A stretch of 64,000 bases of DNA from the NCBI GenBank assembly GCA_038245195.1, contig JBBRSU010000003.1, forward strand, positions 8,850 to 72,849, in the 5' to 3' direction. This document shows, one piece after another, positions 18,934 to 28,991 of this stretch (within the stretch, counting starts at the first letter, position 1; every line of letters begins with the position of its first letter). The notes beneath the pieces are model-generated. The model was given only the letters and a program-made list of their open reading frames with translations. It had not been told where the DNA came from and did not search any database. The DNA is from Candidatus Saccharimonadales bacterium. Its GTDB lineage: Bacteria; Patescibacteriota; Saccharimonadia; Saccharimonadales; UBA10212. A program made the translations under genes and the position numbers.

Positions 18934-18984
18934 GTTATCTACAGTTGCTGTGAAAACTACAAGTTATCCACAGTTGATTTCACA
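18934..18984. promoter_or_regulatory. Cluster of DnaA-box-like sites
   Basis: GTTATCTACAGTTG and GTTATCCACAGTTG direct repeats plus two weaker boxes, followed by an AT-rich tract. Confidence 0.55.
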
Positions 18985-19148
18985 TATTTGACTTTTATCG
19001 CTTTCATATTATGTTTATGTTTTTCCCCTACTGCCCTATTTATCATTATATATTTGACTTTAGCTAAAATACTGCCCTGCTATAGTTTTATTTAAAATTT
19101 AGTATTTTTATATTAATGAACAAATTACGAACTGAGGTAGGGTAGAAG

Positions 19149-20495
19149 CTAGTTCTTAACCGTTGTAGGCTTAGGTTGATTCTGAATCGTAATGTAAGCA
19201 ACCACACCAGCCGTACCGGCTAGTACCGCACATAACACAATGGTGAATCTGTAGATGTTCCCCTGTCCAGCTATGCCCAGTAAAGCTATCGTCACTAAGC
19301 CTGCCACCCGGGCCACAGCATTATTTATACCGGAGGCAATGCCCGATTCCTCATCACCTACCGATGACATCACGGTCGAAGTTAAAGGCGCGACCAACAG
19401 TGCCATACCTACCCCAAATAGAAGAGTTCTAGGTATAAGGAACAGGCTGAAGCTATCACCTGGTGAATAGCCAAGCAATGAAATAATCGCCAGACCTGAT
19501 ATTAGCGGACCAACGCTAATAAATAGCCGAGGCCCGATTTTAGCACTAATTGCTCCAACCCGACTAGATAAAGTTAGCAACAGAACGGATATTGGTAACA
19601 TGCTCAGACCTGCAACAAACGCCGAGTAGCCAAGTTTAGTCTGCATATAAATCGGTAGAATAAAACTAAAACCACCGAGTGCTCCATACATCAGAAAAGT
19701 CATTAGGTTCGAACCGCTAAAATTACGCGATTTAAATAGTCCGAAGCGAACAATCGGGTCCTGATAGCTACGTTCTCGCCATATAAATAGAAGGAGTGAG
19801 ATTGTGCTAATTATTAAGGCGATCACTGATTTTATTGCCCAACTGTTAACAGGCCCCTCAATCAATCCATAGGTAAGGCCAGCTAGAAAAATTACCGCTA
19901 ATACTGAACCGATGACGTCTAAGCGTCTGGCTGTCTCTGGCTGGCTGTCTTTAAAGTATTTTGTGGCTAAATAACCACATATAAAGCCGAGAGGCAGGTT
20001 TATTAGAAATATCCACCGCCATGAGGCCACATTAATCAGAAATCCGCCAAAAACAGGTCCAATCGGGATAACTATAGCTAACCAGGCCGACCATTTTCCA
20101 ATAGCTCGGCCCCGCTCTTTTTTAGGAAAATTGGTGTTAATTATAGCCAGTCCGTTAGGAACCAGTAAAGCTCCGAAAACACCCTGTATCACCCTAGCTG
20201 CGATGAGTATTGGGCTGTTTGGTGCCAAAGTACAAACCAGTGAAACGGCCGTAAATCCGAAAAGACCAATCAAGTAAATCTTTTTACGGCCGTAAATATC
20301 CCCCAATGAGCCACCAATCAGAATTAGAGCCGACAGGGACAATAAGAAACCGTCGACAATCCACTGCAAATCAGAGAATTTAGCATGGAATGAGGCCTGT
20401 ATAGACGGCAACGCCAGATTTACCACGAATCCATCCAAAACAACCATCCCGCTACCCAAAATGGTCGCCACCAAAACCCAGTTTTTACGATCCAT
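19149..20495 (-). CDS. MFS drug-resistance transporter, DHA2 (EmrB/QacA) family
   Basis: LDGFVVNLALP, GGSLGDIYGRKK, WRWIFLINLP; many TM segments. Confidence 0.93.
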   Translation of the reverse strand: MDRKNWVLVATILGSGMVVLDGFVVNLALPSIQASFHAKFSDLQWIVDGFLLSLSALILIGGSLGDIYGRKKIYLIGLFGFTAVSLVCTLAPNSPILIAARVIQGVFGALLVPNGLAIINTNFPKKERGRAIGKWSAWLAIVIPIGPVFGGFLINVASWRWIFLINLPLGFICGYLATKYFKDSQPETARRLDVIGSVLAVIFLAGLTYGLIEGPVNSWAIKSVIALIISTISLLLFIWRERSYQDPIVRFGLFKSRNFSGSNLMTFLMYGALGGFSFILPIYMQTKLGYSAFVAGLSMLPISVLLLTLSSRVGAISAKIGPRLFISVGPLISGLAIISLLGYSPGDSFSLFLIPRTLLFGVGMALLVAPLTSTVMSSVGDEESGIASGINNAVARVAGLVTIALLGIAGQGNIYRFTIVLCAVLAGTAGVVAYITIQNQPKPTTVKN

Positions 20496-20568
20496 GCCTA
20501 AATCATATCATCCAAAAAGTCCTAAACTTAGTATAATTAAGCTAAGAGTTGAGGAGCCAAGAATTCTC

Positions 20569-21093
20569 GTGAAGTTATTAAACCATTTTGACCAAAAAAC
20601 CACACTGCTGATTCAGGATTTACCGGCTCCCTGGATAGATATTATGAAAAATGTATCATTTTTAGGCGAACCGATTGTAGTTCTAGTTATCGCTGGCAGC
20701 GGATACATCTCGGCGGTTCAGAAGCATCAAAAACCAATACAAACTGCCTTTGTATACGCAGTAGTTGCTTTTTTGTTAAGTACAATCCTTAAATACATAC
20801 TACGCCGTGCTCGGCCCGACAATTTGGACATTCGTACGCTTGGTATTCGGAGTTACAGCTTTCCCAGTGGCCATGCCTTCGGCACTGTGGTGTTTTATGG
20901 TTTGTTTTCATATTTGGATTTAAAATACTTAACCCACCCCTGGAACTGGTTGATTAGCCTGGGACTATGGATTATTGTGGTTTTAATTGGAATTTCACGA
21001 GTCTATCTGAAATTTCACTACCCTAGTGACGTCTTAGCAGGCTGGTTACTAGGCGGTGCTTCGCTAGTTATGATAATTCAGCTAGCCTTCTAG
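20569..21093 (+). CDS. PAP2 family membrane phosphatase
   Basis: KYILRRARP, SFPSGH, SRVYLKFHYPSD; GTG start inferred. Confidence 0.9.
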   Translation: MKLLNHFDQKTTLLIQDLPAPWIDIMKNVSFLGEPIVVLVIAGSGYISAVQKHQKPIQTAFVYAVVAFLLSTILKYILRRARPDNLDIRTLGIRSYSFPSGHAFGTVVFYGLFSYLDLKYLTHPWNWLISLGLWIIVVLIGISRVYLKFHYPSDVLAGWLLGGASLVMIIQLAF

Positions 21094-21103
21094 AGGAAAA
21101 TCT

Positions 21104-21976
21104 TTACTTATAGAACACCTTGCCGGACACTCTGACGTCTAAATACTCAGACGGCGTAATATGAGCTTGGGCAAACTTTTGGCGGCTAGCTAAAAATTGG
21201 CCGAGCTGAAGGTCAGCGTCACCACCCAGATAAAACTTTACAAAATACGATTGATCCGAAATGTGAAGGTCTAGCTCTTGAGGCAGTGCCGGCAGACTCA
21301 AAGAGCTAATTGGGACCTTGGCGTGTTGGGTTTGAGTTATTAGGCTCTGGATAAACTGGACCGATTGGGTACTTAGGATTTGGCGGCCCAATTGAGCATT
21401 AAATCCACTTTGATCGTTTAAGGTTACTAGATTTTTGCTGGTCGGCAAAGTCTCGGCCTTGGCTACCGCGACGCCCTGAGAGTCTACCACAAATGCTTGG
21501 TTGTTACTGGTTATTTTAAAGGCTGGAGGCGAGATAATTAACTTAGCCTTTGGCTGTTCCGAGAAAAATGGTAACTCGATTTGAACCGCTTGGACTTCTG
21601 GAAACTGGTTTTGTATCTTTGAAATCACCGCCTGTTCTTCAAAAGTTACTTTGTTGTGATTTTTATAACCCCCAAAGCTAGTTCGAACTTCGGCACTATA
21701 CACTTTTGCTGATCGATAAGTTAGATCAGTGACGCTAACGCTGGGGTTTGAGCTAAGCATCAGACTATTAATTAATCCGGCTAGTAGCAGAATTATCACT
21801 AATATATCGACGATACCAATAACGAATCTTCGATGGTTTTTCTTAAGTGGTTTTCTTTCAAATGGACTAGCCGGTAGGTTCTCATTTTTAGAACGATAAT
21901 AAGTGTTAAGGGGTGTTCGTTTGTAACTATCCTGAGATTGTTTTGATGACCTGGGTGTTTTACTGAGCCGGGCCAT
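21104..21976 (-). CDS. ftsQ: FtsQ/DivIB-like cell division protein
   Basis: One TM, POTRA-like segment, C-terminal EYLDVR; follows murG. Confidence 0.7.
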   Translation of the reverse strand: MARLSKTPRSSKQSQDSYKRTPLNTYYRSKNENLPASPFERKPLKKNHRRFVIGIVDILVIILLLAGLINSLMLSSNPSVSVTDLTYRSAKVYSAEVRTSFGGYKNHNKVTFEEQAVISKIQNQFPEVQAVQIELPFFSEQPKAKLIISPPAFKITSNNQAFVVDSQGVAVAKAETLPTSKNLVTLNDQSGFNAQLGRQILSTQSVQFIQSLITQTQHAKVPISSLSLPALPQELDLHISDQSYFVKFYLGGDADLQLGQFLASRQKFAQAHITPSEYLDVRVSGKVFYK

Positions 21977-21977
21977 A

Positions 21978-23159
21978 TTAATCTGTTGGCCTGGCGTTTT
22001 TTAGAATTATGTTAGCTAGATTGGCTGCCGCTCTAGGTTGTGACGTATTGTGCAGATTTTCAGCTAGCTCCCAGCGCCGAGCATCATTTTTTAATAGCTC
22101 GTTAATGATAACTAAAAGCTCATCTGGCTGGACGTTTTCATTGAGTACCACTGCCGCGTCTTTGTCGGCTAACTCTTCGGCATTTTTGAGTTGATGACCA
22201 TCGGCTAGAAACGGTGCTGGTATTAGAATACAGGCCTTACCGGCTGCACTCAGCTCAGCCAGCGTGGTGGCCCCTGCCCTGGTAATTATTAGATCAGAAG
22301 CTGCAATTAAAGCGTAAAAATCCGGGTTAAATCCCATTACCTTGACTCTACTTTGTACATTTTTGGTCAATTGTTGCTTGTAAGCATTTTTAACTTGGCT
22401 CTCATGCTGTTTGCCACTTAAATGAAGGATGTGAAGTGATAGGTTAGCCTCTAATAAATGATTAGCGATCGCTACGAGTGTGTCATTAAGATATTTAGAA
22501 CCGTTGCCACCGCCGGAAAGCAGTAGGACTTGGCTATCTTCGGGCAACCCTAGCTCGGACTTATATTTTGTTTGTAACTTTGGAGTGACTTTCTGAATGC
22601 GGGCATCAATTGGAATGCCAACGTATTCGATACTAGCTTTGGGGTAATTATAGAATTTGGCCGGCATACCAGTAGCATGAACTTTAGCCCAACGCCCAAC
22701 TATCCGATTAGCCAAACCCGGCATGACGTCGGAGTCGTGAGTGATAATTGGTACACCCCTGATTTTTGCCGCAACTCCAACTGGCACCGCCACAAACCCA
22801 CCCTTGCTAAATATTACCGAGGGTTTAAACCGGCGTAGAATTCGGTAGGACATTATTACACTACCTGGTAGCCGAAAAATATCTCGGATATTAAGTAGGA
22901 GTGTTTTAGAATCAAATAAATTCCGAATCAGACTCTGCCCATGATAGCGCCGAAACTTTCCAGCGTTAATAAACACTAAAAAATCGAAGTTGTGTGACTT
23001 AATTTTCAGTTTATCGAAATTATCCCCCTTATGGCCGACATAAACTATCTGACAGTTAGGGGCCTGTGACTTAAGTTCTTGGGCGAGTGACAAGAGTGGC
23101 GTTATGTGGCCGCCGGATCCCCCGCCCGTTAAGATTATAGTTGGTGTCGTTTGGTTCAT
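21978..23159 (-). CDS. murG: Lipid II GlcNAc transferase MurG
   Basis: TGGGSGGHITP, KGGFVAVP, HDSD..PGLANR, TRAGATT, HQLKNA. Confidence 0.96.
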   Translation of the reverse strand: MNQTTPTIILTGGGSGGHITPLLSLAQELKSQAPNCQIVYVGHKGDNFDKLKIKSHNFDFLVFINAGKFRRYHGQSLIRNLFDSKTLLLNIRDIFRLPGSVIMSYRILRRFKPSVIFSKGGFVAVPVGVAAKIRGVPIITHDSDVMPGLANRIVGRWAKVHATGMPAKFYNYPKASIEYVGIPIDARIQKVTPKLQTKYKSELGLPEDSQVLLLSGGGNGSKYLNDTLVAIANHLLEANLSLHILHLSGKQHESQVKNAYKQQLTKNVQSRVKVMGFNPDFYALIAASDLIITRAGATTLAELSAAGKACILIPAPFLADGHQLKNAEELADKDAAVVLNENVQPDELLVIINELLKNDARRWELAENLHNTSQPRAAANLANIILKNARPTD

Positions 23160-24333
23160 TAATGCTTGGTTTTGGTTCAACTACGCTGTAACTAGTATAG
23201 CGTGAAATCTGGAAAACGATGCCCAGAGCCGCCGTCAGAAATATTAAGCTGGTTCCGCCCTGACTAATCAGTGGCAGAGTGATTCCCTTCAATGGCAGAA
23301 GCCCAATCATGGCCCCTACGTTAATGATCATTTGAGTGCTAAGCCAGGCCATTACACCAATGACCAGTAATCGCCTGAACTGGTCTGGGGTATGTTCAAC
23401 AATCCGCTTCAGTCTTGTGATGAAAGCTCCATAGACCACAATAATTAATACTGTACCGATAAATCCGAACTGTTCGGCCATAATCGCAAAAATTGAATCA
23501 TTTGAAGCCTCTGGGGTATAACCATAGGCCTGCACGCTATAACCAAGGCCTAAGCCCAGAACCCCTCCTGAACCGACGGCTATTAAGGCCTGACAGGCCT
23601 GATAGCCAGTGGTTTGGCAATTGGCTTGGGGATGCAGAAAAGTCGTTAGGCGGTCCCGACGATAAGAACTTGATGAAATGGCAATAACGCCGAGGGCTAC
23701 CACAATCCCGCAAATCAATGCCGCTTTTTTTAACGGTATTCCAGCAACAAAGGCCATTAGTACAATCATGGCCACCATTACCCCTGAAGAGCCTAGGTCG
23801 CTCTGCAATTTGGCTACAAATAGTCCGATGCCCAGCAACAAAAAAACTAAAGGTTTTAGAGTTGTGGCGTCGGCTAACCTGGCCTGCTTCCATTTAACAG
23901 CCAGGAAGTCGGCTACGCCGATTAATATTGCCAATTTGATAAGTTCAGCCACTTGAAACGAAAAACCGCCTAAACGTATCCAGCGATGGGCCTGATAGAT
24001 AGCATCAATTGGGGTTACCATGACAATTAGACAACCGGCTACAGCGACGATGGCTAATGGTTTGGCTAAACGTCGCCACAGCTCAATTGGGATCATTGAA
24101 GCCAACCCAAAAGTCACAATTCCTAAAGTTACATCAATCAGTTGTTTAACAATAAAGTAGCTTTGGCTGGTGTGACTGCTAGCACTTAAGCCGGGGCTAA
24201 TCGAATAAACCACTATTAAACCTATCACTAATAAAAGCGAGCCAATTACCAGTAGCCAGTAGTCTGGTTTATGCTGTCGCGCCACTTCGCCAGAATAGCG
24301 GGGACTGTTGCCCTTTAAGCGGCGCGATTCCAT
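23071..24333 (-). CDS. ftsW: SEDS peptidoglycan glycosyltransferase FtsW
   Basis: RWIRLGGFSFQVAE, DSIFAIMAEQFG, GITLPLISQGG. Confidence 0.95.
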   Translation of the reverse strand: MESRRLKGNSPRYSGEVARQHKPDYWLLVIGSLLLVIGLIVVYSISPGLSASSHTSQSYFIVKQLIDVTLGIVTFGLASMIPIELWRRLAKPLAIVAVAGCLIVMVTPIDAIYQAHRWIRLGGFSFQVAELIKLAILIGVADFLAVKWKQARLADATTLKPLVFLLLGIGLFVAKLQSDLGSSGVMVAMIVLMAFVAGIPLKKAALICGIVVALGVIAISSSSYRRDRLTTFLHPQANCQTTGYQACQALIAVGSGGVLGLGLGYSVQAYGYTPEASNDSIFAIMAEQFGFIGTVLIIVVYGAFITRLKRIVEHTPDQFRRLLVIGVMAWLSTQMIINVGAMIGLLPLKGITLPLISQGGTSLIFLTAALGIVFQISRYTSYSVVEPKPSINEPNDTNYNLNGRGIRRPHNATLVTRPRT

Positions 24334-24336
24334 GCC

Positions 24337-25374
24337 TTAAGGTCCCCCGAGTATAAATACTACTAGTCCGACTAAAGCGGCTACCTGGCCTAAGATCCAA
24401 AAACGCATTGTTACTTTGGTCTCCGGCCAACCTAAAGCTTCAAAATGATGGTGAATCGGGCTAGACAGAAAGATCTTCTTACCCTTACGGAGTTTCTTGC
24501 TAATGATCTGCAAAGCCACCGAGCCAATCTCGGCCACAAAAACAATGGCAATTATTGGCAAGATAAAGACTGTGTCGGTTAGCATAGCAACTACCCCTAA
24601 TGCCGTACCAAGGGCAAATGAACCAACATCACCCATGAAAAATCTGGCCGGATAGACATTAAACCAAGTGTAGCTAAGCAGTGCCCCGACAATCGTCATA
24701 CAGAAGCCAGATAGCCCATATTTCTTTTCGATAAGGGCAATAATGGCATATGCCCCGAAGGCAGTAGCCGATAGACCGCCGGCTAAACCGTCTAACCCAT
24801 CAGTCATATTAACCGCATTGGCGGTCGAGAATATCACTAAAACAAACAGTGGAATAATTAACCACCCCAGATGCCAGGCACTCAAAAATGGAATATCAAT
24901 ACTATGCACCCCCAGCTTCTCGTAGAACCACCAACCACCAATAAGAGCAATACCTACTAATAGTAAGGATTTAACCTTGGCCCTCATGCCAGCGATGCCG
25001 CCGCCGATGCCACGGATATTAATAACATCATCAATTAGGCCAATTCCCCCGGCACCAACCATGGCGGCCAAGGGTAGCCAGGTTTGGGAACGGCTTAAAT
25101 TGCCGGCCAGAGTCACAATTATGGTCGATAGAACAAAGATAATACCGGCCATGGTTGGGATATTTCGAGTGTGCTTAGCGGCGTGTAGTTTTTGATAAAT
25201 TACAGCTTTTTCACCAGTTATTGCCGTAGTTCTGGCTTTTTTCCACCATTTGCCCGAAAAAGCCGCTGTAGTATAGAGAGGAGTAAGTAGCATGCTGACA
25301 ATAAAGCTCAAAAAGCCAAACAGAAAAATTTTTTCAATGGTATCGGAGTCGGCGAATATTTGAAGTGTTATCAT
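24337..25374 (-). CDS. mraY: Phospho-MurNAc-pentapeptide transferase
   Basis: NAVNMTDGLDGL, FMGDVGS, PIHHHFE. Confidence 0.97.
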   Translation of the reverse strand: MITLQIFADSDTIEKIFLFGFLSFIVSMLLTPLYTTAAFSGKWWKKARTTAITGEKAVIYQKLHAAKHTRNIPTMAGIIFVLSTIIVTLAGNLSRSQTWLPLAAMVGAGGIGLIDDVINIRGIGGGIAGMRAKVKSLLLVGIALIGGWWFYEKLGVHSIDIPFLSAWHLGWLIIPLFVLVIFSTANAVNMTDGLDGLAGGLSATAFGAYAIIALIEKKYGLSGFCMTIVGALLSYTWFNVYPARFFMGDVGSFALGTALGVVAMLTDTVFILPIIAIVFVAEIGSVALQIISKKLRKGKKIFLSSPIHHHFEALGWPETKVTMRFWILGQVAALVGLVVFILGGP

Positions 25375-25422
25375 TTTAGTTTTATAAGGTTCGAGACCTA
25401 TTATATCATTTAGTTTTCGAAA

Positions 25423-27216
25423 TTAATTAACAGTTTTTGGCGTAACATTAAAATCATTAATTAGCATGTGTGCCAGATCGGCAAATAAAGGCATGGCGGC
25501 TGTTGTCCCAGCGTATCCGCTAATTTTAGGTTGCCTTACAGCCACTATGATAACGTACTGCGGTTTATCACCACCTACAAAACCCATAAAAGTTCCGTCA
25601 TAACGGTCGCCATAATAGCCACCGGCCGGATTAGCAATCTGGGCGGTGCCGGTTTTTCCGCCGACTACATAGCCGGCCGGAAAGACCATATTCTTAAAAC
25701 CTTGGTCAACCTTAGTCTGAACCACTCCGGCCATCAAGCCCTGCATTTCTTGGGCGACTTGAGCCGATACGACATTTTTTCTAACCACTTTAGGCTGATT
25801 GGCGATGGTCTGGCCTTTTGGGCTAATAGAATCGTCTATCAAATGTGGCTGATAGTATGTGCCGCCGTTGACAACCGACGATATGGCCGCCGCCATTTGC
25901 AAGGGTGTGGCGGTCATGGCTTGGCCGAAAGCCGTATTGGCATAAGTTAGCTGTAAGGCATAGCCTTTATCTGGCGATGGTATATAACCGCTGGCCTCAT
26001 AACCCTGCTCTATGCCAGTGGATCTACCAAGCCGGAAATGGTTAACCATGTAGTCATACCATTTATCACGAGCCATTTGGTTTACTGTGCCGGTAGTATG
26101 GCCCATCTGCATCAACATCCAGGTAGCACCGGTGTTCATTGAAAGATTAAGGATTTTAGCAATATTGCTCGGTCCGGGCCCGCCGTCTTCTTCAACGTTT
26201 TTAACAATACTGCCGTCCAGACTCCATTTACCAGGGTCATAATAAGTAGAGTCGAGAGTGACTACTCCTTGGTCCAGTGCAGCACTGGCAGTCAAGGTCT
26301 TCATTATGGAGCCGATCTCAAACGGTGAGCTAACCGAGGCGTTGTTAAACAAATTAGAGTCGGTAACGTTATAAAATTGGGCCGGGTCATAAGTTGGATA
26401 ATTAGCCATGGCTTTAATGGCTCCGGTGTTAGCATCTAAGATTAGGGCACTCCCTTGGTTGCTCAAAGCGTGCTTGAGGTTTTGGGCTAAATAGGACTCT
26501 AGCTGTTGTTGCATACCCAAATCAACCGTAAGAACCAAGTTATTCCCCGGCTTAGGGTCTACTTGGACATTGTCACGGCTAGCGGCTAGCGGCACACCAT
26601 TTACATCAGTGATAGCTTTGAGTAGTCCCGGAGTGCCACTTAACTGCTTATTCTGCGACTGCTCAATACCATAAGACCCCTTCCCTTCATCATTGACAAA
26701 GCCTAGTAACTGAGCCGCCAGCGTGCCCTGCGGGTAGGTTCGATAATCTTCGGCGATTAAACCAATCCCTGATAATTTTAAGCCAGCAATCTTTTTATTT
26801 TGGTCACCGCTAACGCGTTTAGCTAAAACCACGTAACGAGAATTTTTGGTTTTTATCAAATTGGTATACTTCTGAACATCGCCATGCGTAATTGTGGCAA
26901 CTTTTTGAGCAGTTTCACCAGCATTTTTTACTAGAGTTGGGTCGACAAACAATGTATAAAGTTTTTCATTCAGCACCAAGGGCACAATGCCAGTTCCCTG
27001 GTGGGCTTCGATTGTACCTCTCTCGGCCGATATCGAATACTGTTTTAGCTGGTCATTTAAGGCTGCTTTTTGGTAATAATCGTGTCGAATAATCTGTAGA
27101 TAAAACAATCGAAACACTATGACAACGATAATAAATAACAATACACCGTACCATATATATAGTCGGCGGTTAGAGCTGGCTTTTAGAGCCCTATCTTTGG
27201 TCGGCAGTCGATCCAT
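25423..27216 (-). CDS. ftsI: Class B penicillin-binding protein FtsI
   Basis: SIMK (SxxK), SMN (SxN) and KTGT motifs; dcw context. Confidence 0.93.
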   Translation of the reverse strand: MDRLPTKDRALKASSNRRLYIWYGVLLFIIVVIVFRLFYLQIIRHDYYQKAALNDQLKQYSISAERGTIEAHQGTGIVPLVLNEKLYTLFVDPTLVKNAGETAQKVATITHGDVQKYTNLIKTKNSRYVVLAKRVSGDQNKKIAGLKLSGIGLIAEDYRTYPQGTLAAQLLGFVNDEGKGSYGIEQSQNKQLSGTPGLLKAITDVNGVPLAASRDNVQVDPKPGNNLVLTVDLGMQQQLESYLAQNLKHALSNQGSALILDANTGAIKAMANYPTYDPAQFYNVTDSNLFNNASVSSPFEIGSIMKTLTASAALDQGVVTLDSTYYDPGKWSLDGSIVKNVEEDGGPGPSNIAKILNLSMNTGATWMLMQMGHTTGTVNQMARDKWYDYMVNHFRLGRSTGIEQGYEASGYIPSPDKGYALQLTYANTAFGQAMTATPLQMAAAISSVVNGGTYYQPHLIDDSISPKGQTIANQPKVVRKNVVSAQVAQEMQGLMAGVVQTKVDQGFKNMVFPAGYVVGGKTGTAQIANPAGGYYGDRYDGTFMGFVGGDKPQYVIIVAVRQPKISGYAGTTAAMPLFADLAHMLINDFNVTPKTVN

Positions 27217-27229
27217 TCTAATTATTCTA

Positions 27230-27574
27230 CTATTGAACTACACCACTAGGTGCAACCGAAACCAAACTTTTGGCAGCATTGCTGGCAGCTACTCTATCAA
27301 GGGCCTGTAACCGAGCCGAGCTAACCTCTAAGTTGGCTTTTTGGTCTTTTAAGCTAGATTGCTGTTGTTCCAAGTTGTTGATGTTGTAGCCATAGCCGTT
27401 GGTTTTGGTGACTTGAGTCAGATACAAGAGTCCGACTAAGCAAGCCAGCAGAATCAAAATGATGGTGTTGCTAATTGGACCAAGTGTCCGGGCACTAGCC
27501 GCAAAACTAACAGAGTTTTGATTTTTGCGTACGTATCCCCTGCGGGAAGCAGCAATTGAGCTTGAATATGTCAT
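27230..27574 (-). CDS. ftsL: FtsL-like cell division protein
   Basis: One TM plus coiled coil, between rsmH and ftsI; start taken at MTYSSS after an A-rich tract. Confidence 0.7.
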   Translation of the reverse strand: MTYSSSIAASRRGYVRKNQNSVSFAASARTLGPISNTIILILLACLVGLLYLTQVTKTNGYGYNINNLEQQQSSLKDQKANLEVSSARLQALDRVAASNAAKSLVSVAPSGVVQ

Positions 27575-27732
27575 ATTTTTGTTTTTTTGGGCGGCGGTGC
27601 CCTTTTTATAAAGCACCGCCTGTCTCCATAGTTAGCCGGAGTTCGGTTTAGATTACTACTCTAACCGGCACTCGAGCTGCTCTGGAGTTTCGATACTCTA
27701 CCTTTATTGGCATTGAGCGTTCCTTGCCCTTT

Positions 27733-28641
27733 CTATTGGTTTTTTATTTTTGCTGCGGCTCGCATTTTCGCACTGCGGGCTCGCGGATTGGAAACTATTT
27801 CGGATTGGCTGGCAACTATCGGTTTTTTGGTTAACAGTTTGAGTTCGGCATCGTAGCGGTCACCCGCATTGTCGTTCAGAAACTGTTTGACCAGTCTGTC
27901 TTCCAAGCTATGGAAGCTAACGATAGCTACCCGACCGCCAGGTGCTAGTAATTGCAGCATCAGCGGCAAAGCTTTGCGCAGCTGATTGATTTCGTCATTT
28001 ACAGCTATCCTGATGGCTTGAAAACTGCGCGTGGCTGGATGAGTCTTAGCATGCCTTGCTCTCCAGCCAACGGCATTAGCAATTATTTTTGCTAGTTCTT
28101 CGGTGTTATTGATTGGACGACTGTCTTTAATTGCTTTAGCAATTAGCTTAGCTCTTGGTTCTTCTCCATACATCTTTAAAATTTGCGCCAGCTCTTCTTG
28201 GCTACTGTCGTTGACTATCTGCTGGGCGCTTAACTCTTGTCGTCTGTCCATTCTCATATCAAGCGGGCCATTTTGCTTGAACGAAAAACCTCGGGTACTT
28301 TCTTCAATGTGCGGTGAACTTAGCCCCAAATCTGCCAAAACCATATCGAAACGTTGGTTCTCGCCTACCAAACGTTCTGTGGTGCTCAAAAACTCGGCAT
28401 GGATTATCTGCGCACCGCTATTTGCGAATATCTCGCTTAGCGTGCCGATGGCATTATCGTCTCTATCTACAAGCACCGTTGCTTCGGGGGTTTTGGTAGC
28501 GTTTATAACCGCAACCGCGTGGCCTCCGTAACCGGCCGTTAAATCCAAGTAGCTTTCGCCAGGGTGTGGGTCCAGGCAGTCTAGTACTTCTGTGATCAAA
28601 ACGGGCTTGTGCAAATTATTGGTTGATTTTGGTTTTGGCAT
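27733..28641 (-). CDS. rsmH: 16S rRNA m4C1402 methyltransferase
   Basis: HKPVL, DLTAGYGGH, PLDMRMD, SFHSLEDR, NPRARSAK. Confidence 0.98.
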   Translation of the reverse strand: MPKPKSTNNLHKPVLITEVLDCLDPHPGESYLDLTAGYGGHAVAVINATKTPEATVLVDRDDNAIGTLSEIFANSGAQIIHAEFLSTTERLVGENQRFDMVLADLGLSSPHIEESTRGFSFKQNGPLDMRMDRRQELSAQQIVNDSSQEELAQILKMYGEEPRAKLIAKAIKDSRPINNTEELAKIIANAVGWRARHAKTHPATRSFQAIRIAVNDEINQLRKALPLMLQLLAPGGRVAIVSFHSLEDRLVKQFLNDNAGDRYDAELKLLTKKPIVASQSEIVSNPRARSAKMRAAAKIKNQ

Positions 28642-28661
28642 TTTTGTTTTTGTTTTTACAA

Positions 28662-28913
28662 GATCACCTATTTAGCAGTCAGCTTTTTGTTTTTTTGTGG
28701 TTTTTGTTTTTGTTTATCCGCTTAGAGAGCGAATTTTTGGGTGGAGCTCAGGGCGCGAAATTGCTTTCTTGCTTCTAGGCTCCAAAAGTTCTTTGTGAGA
28801 GACTTTTTTGTGAGGTGGAGTTTTGGGAGGTGTTACAAATGTAGAAGGTACAAAGGTTTTTATAACGGTGGTTACCTTAAAGATCCACCGGCTGACTGCC
28901 AAATAGCTAATCT
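28662..28913 (-). ncRNA. Putative structured intercistronic RNA element between mraZ and rsmH
   Basis: 16-bp closing stem 28668-28683/28891-28906 with one G-U on the minus strand, plus inner hairpins. Confidence 0.5.
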
Positions 28914-28991
28914 CGATATGTTTTTGCTTTATTTGTCAGTTGATCTCGCCTAATTGTTAAGTTGCGTATTTAGCTCCTGCCCAGAATCACT

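Noticed and set aside
28714-28953. Short ORFs in the mraZ-rsmH spacer
   Set aside because: Non-ATG starts, low-complexity sequence and no motifs.
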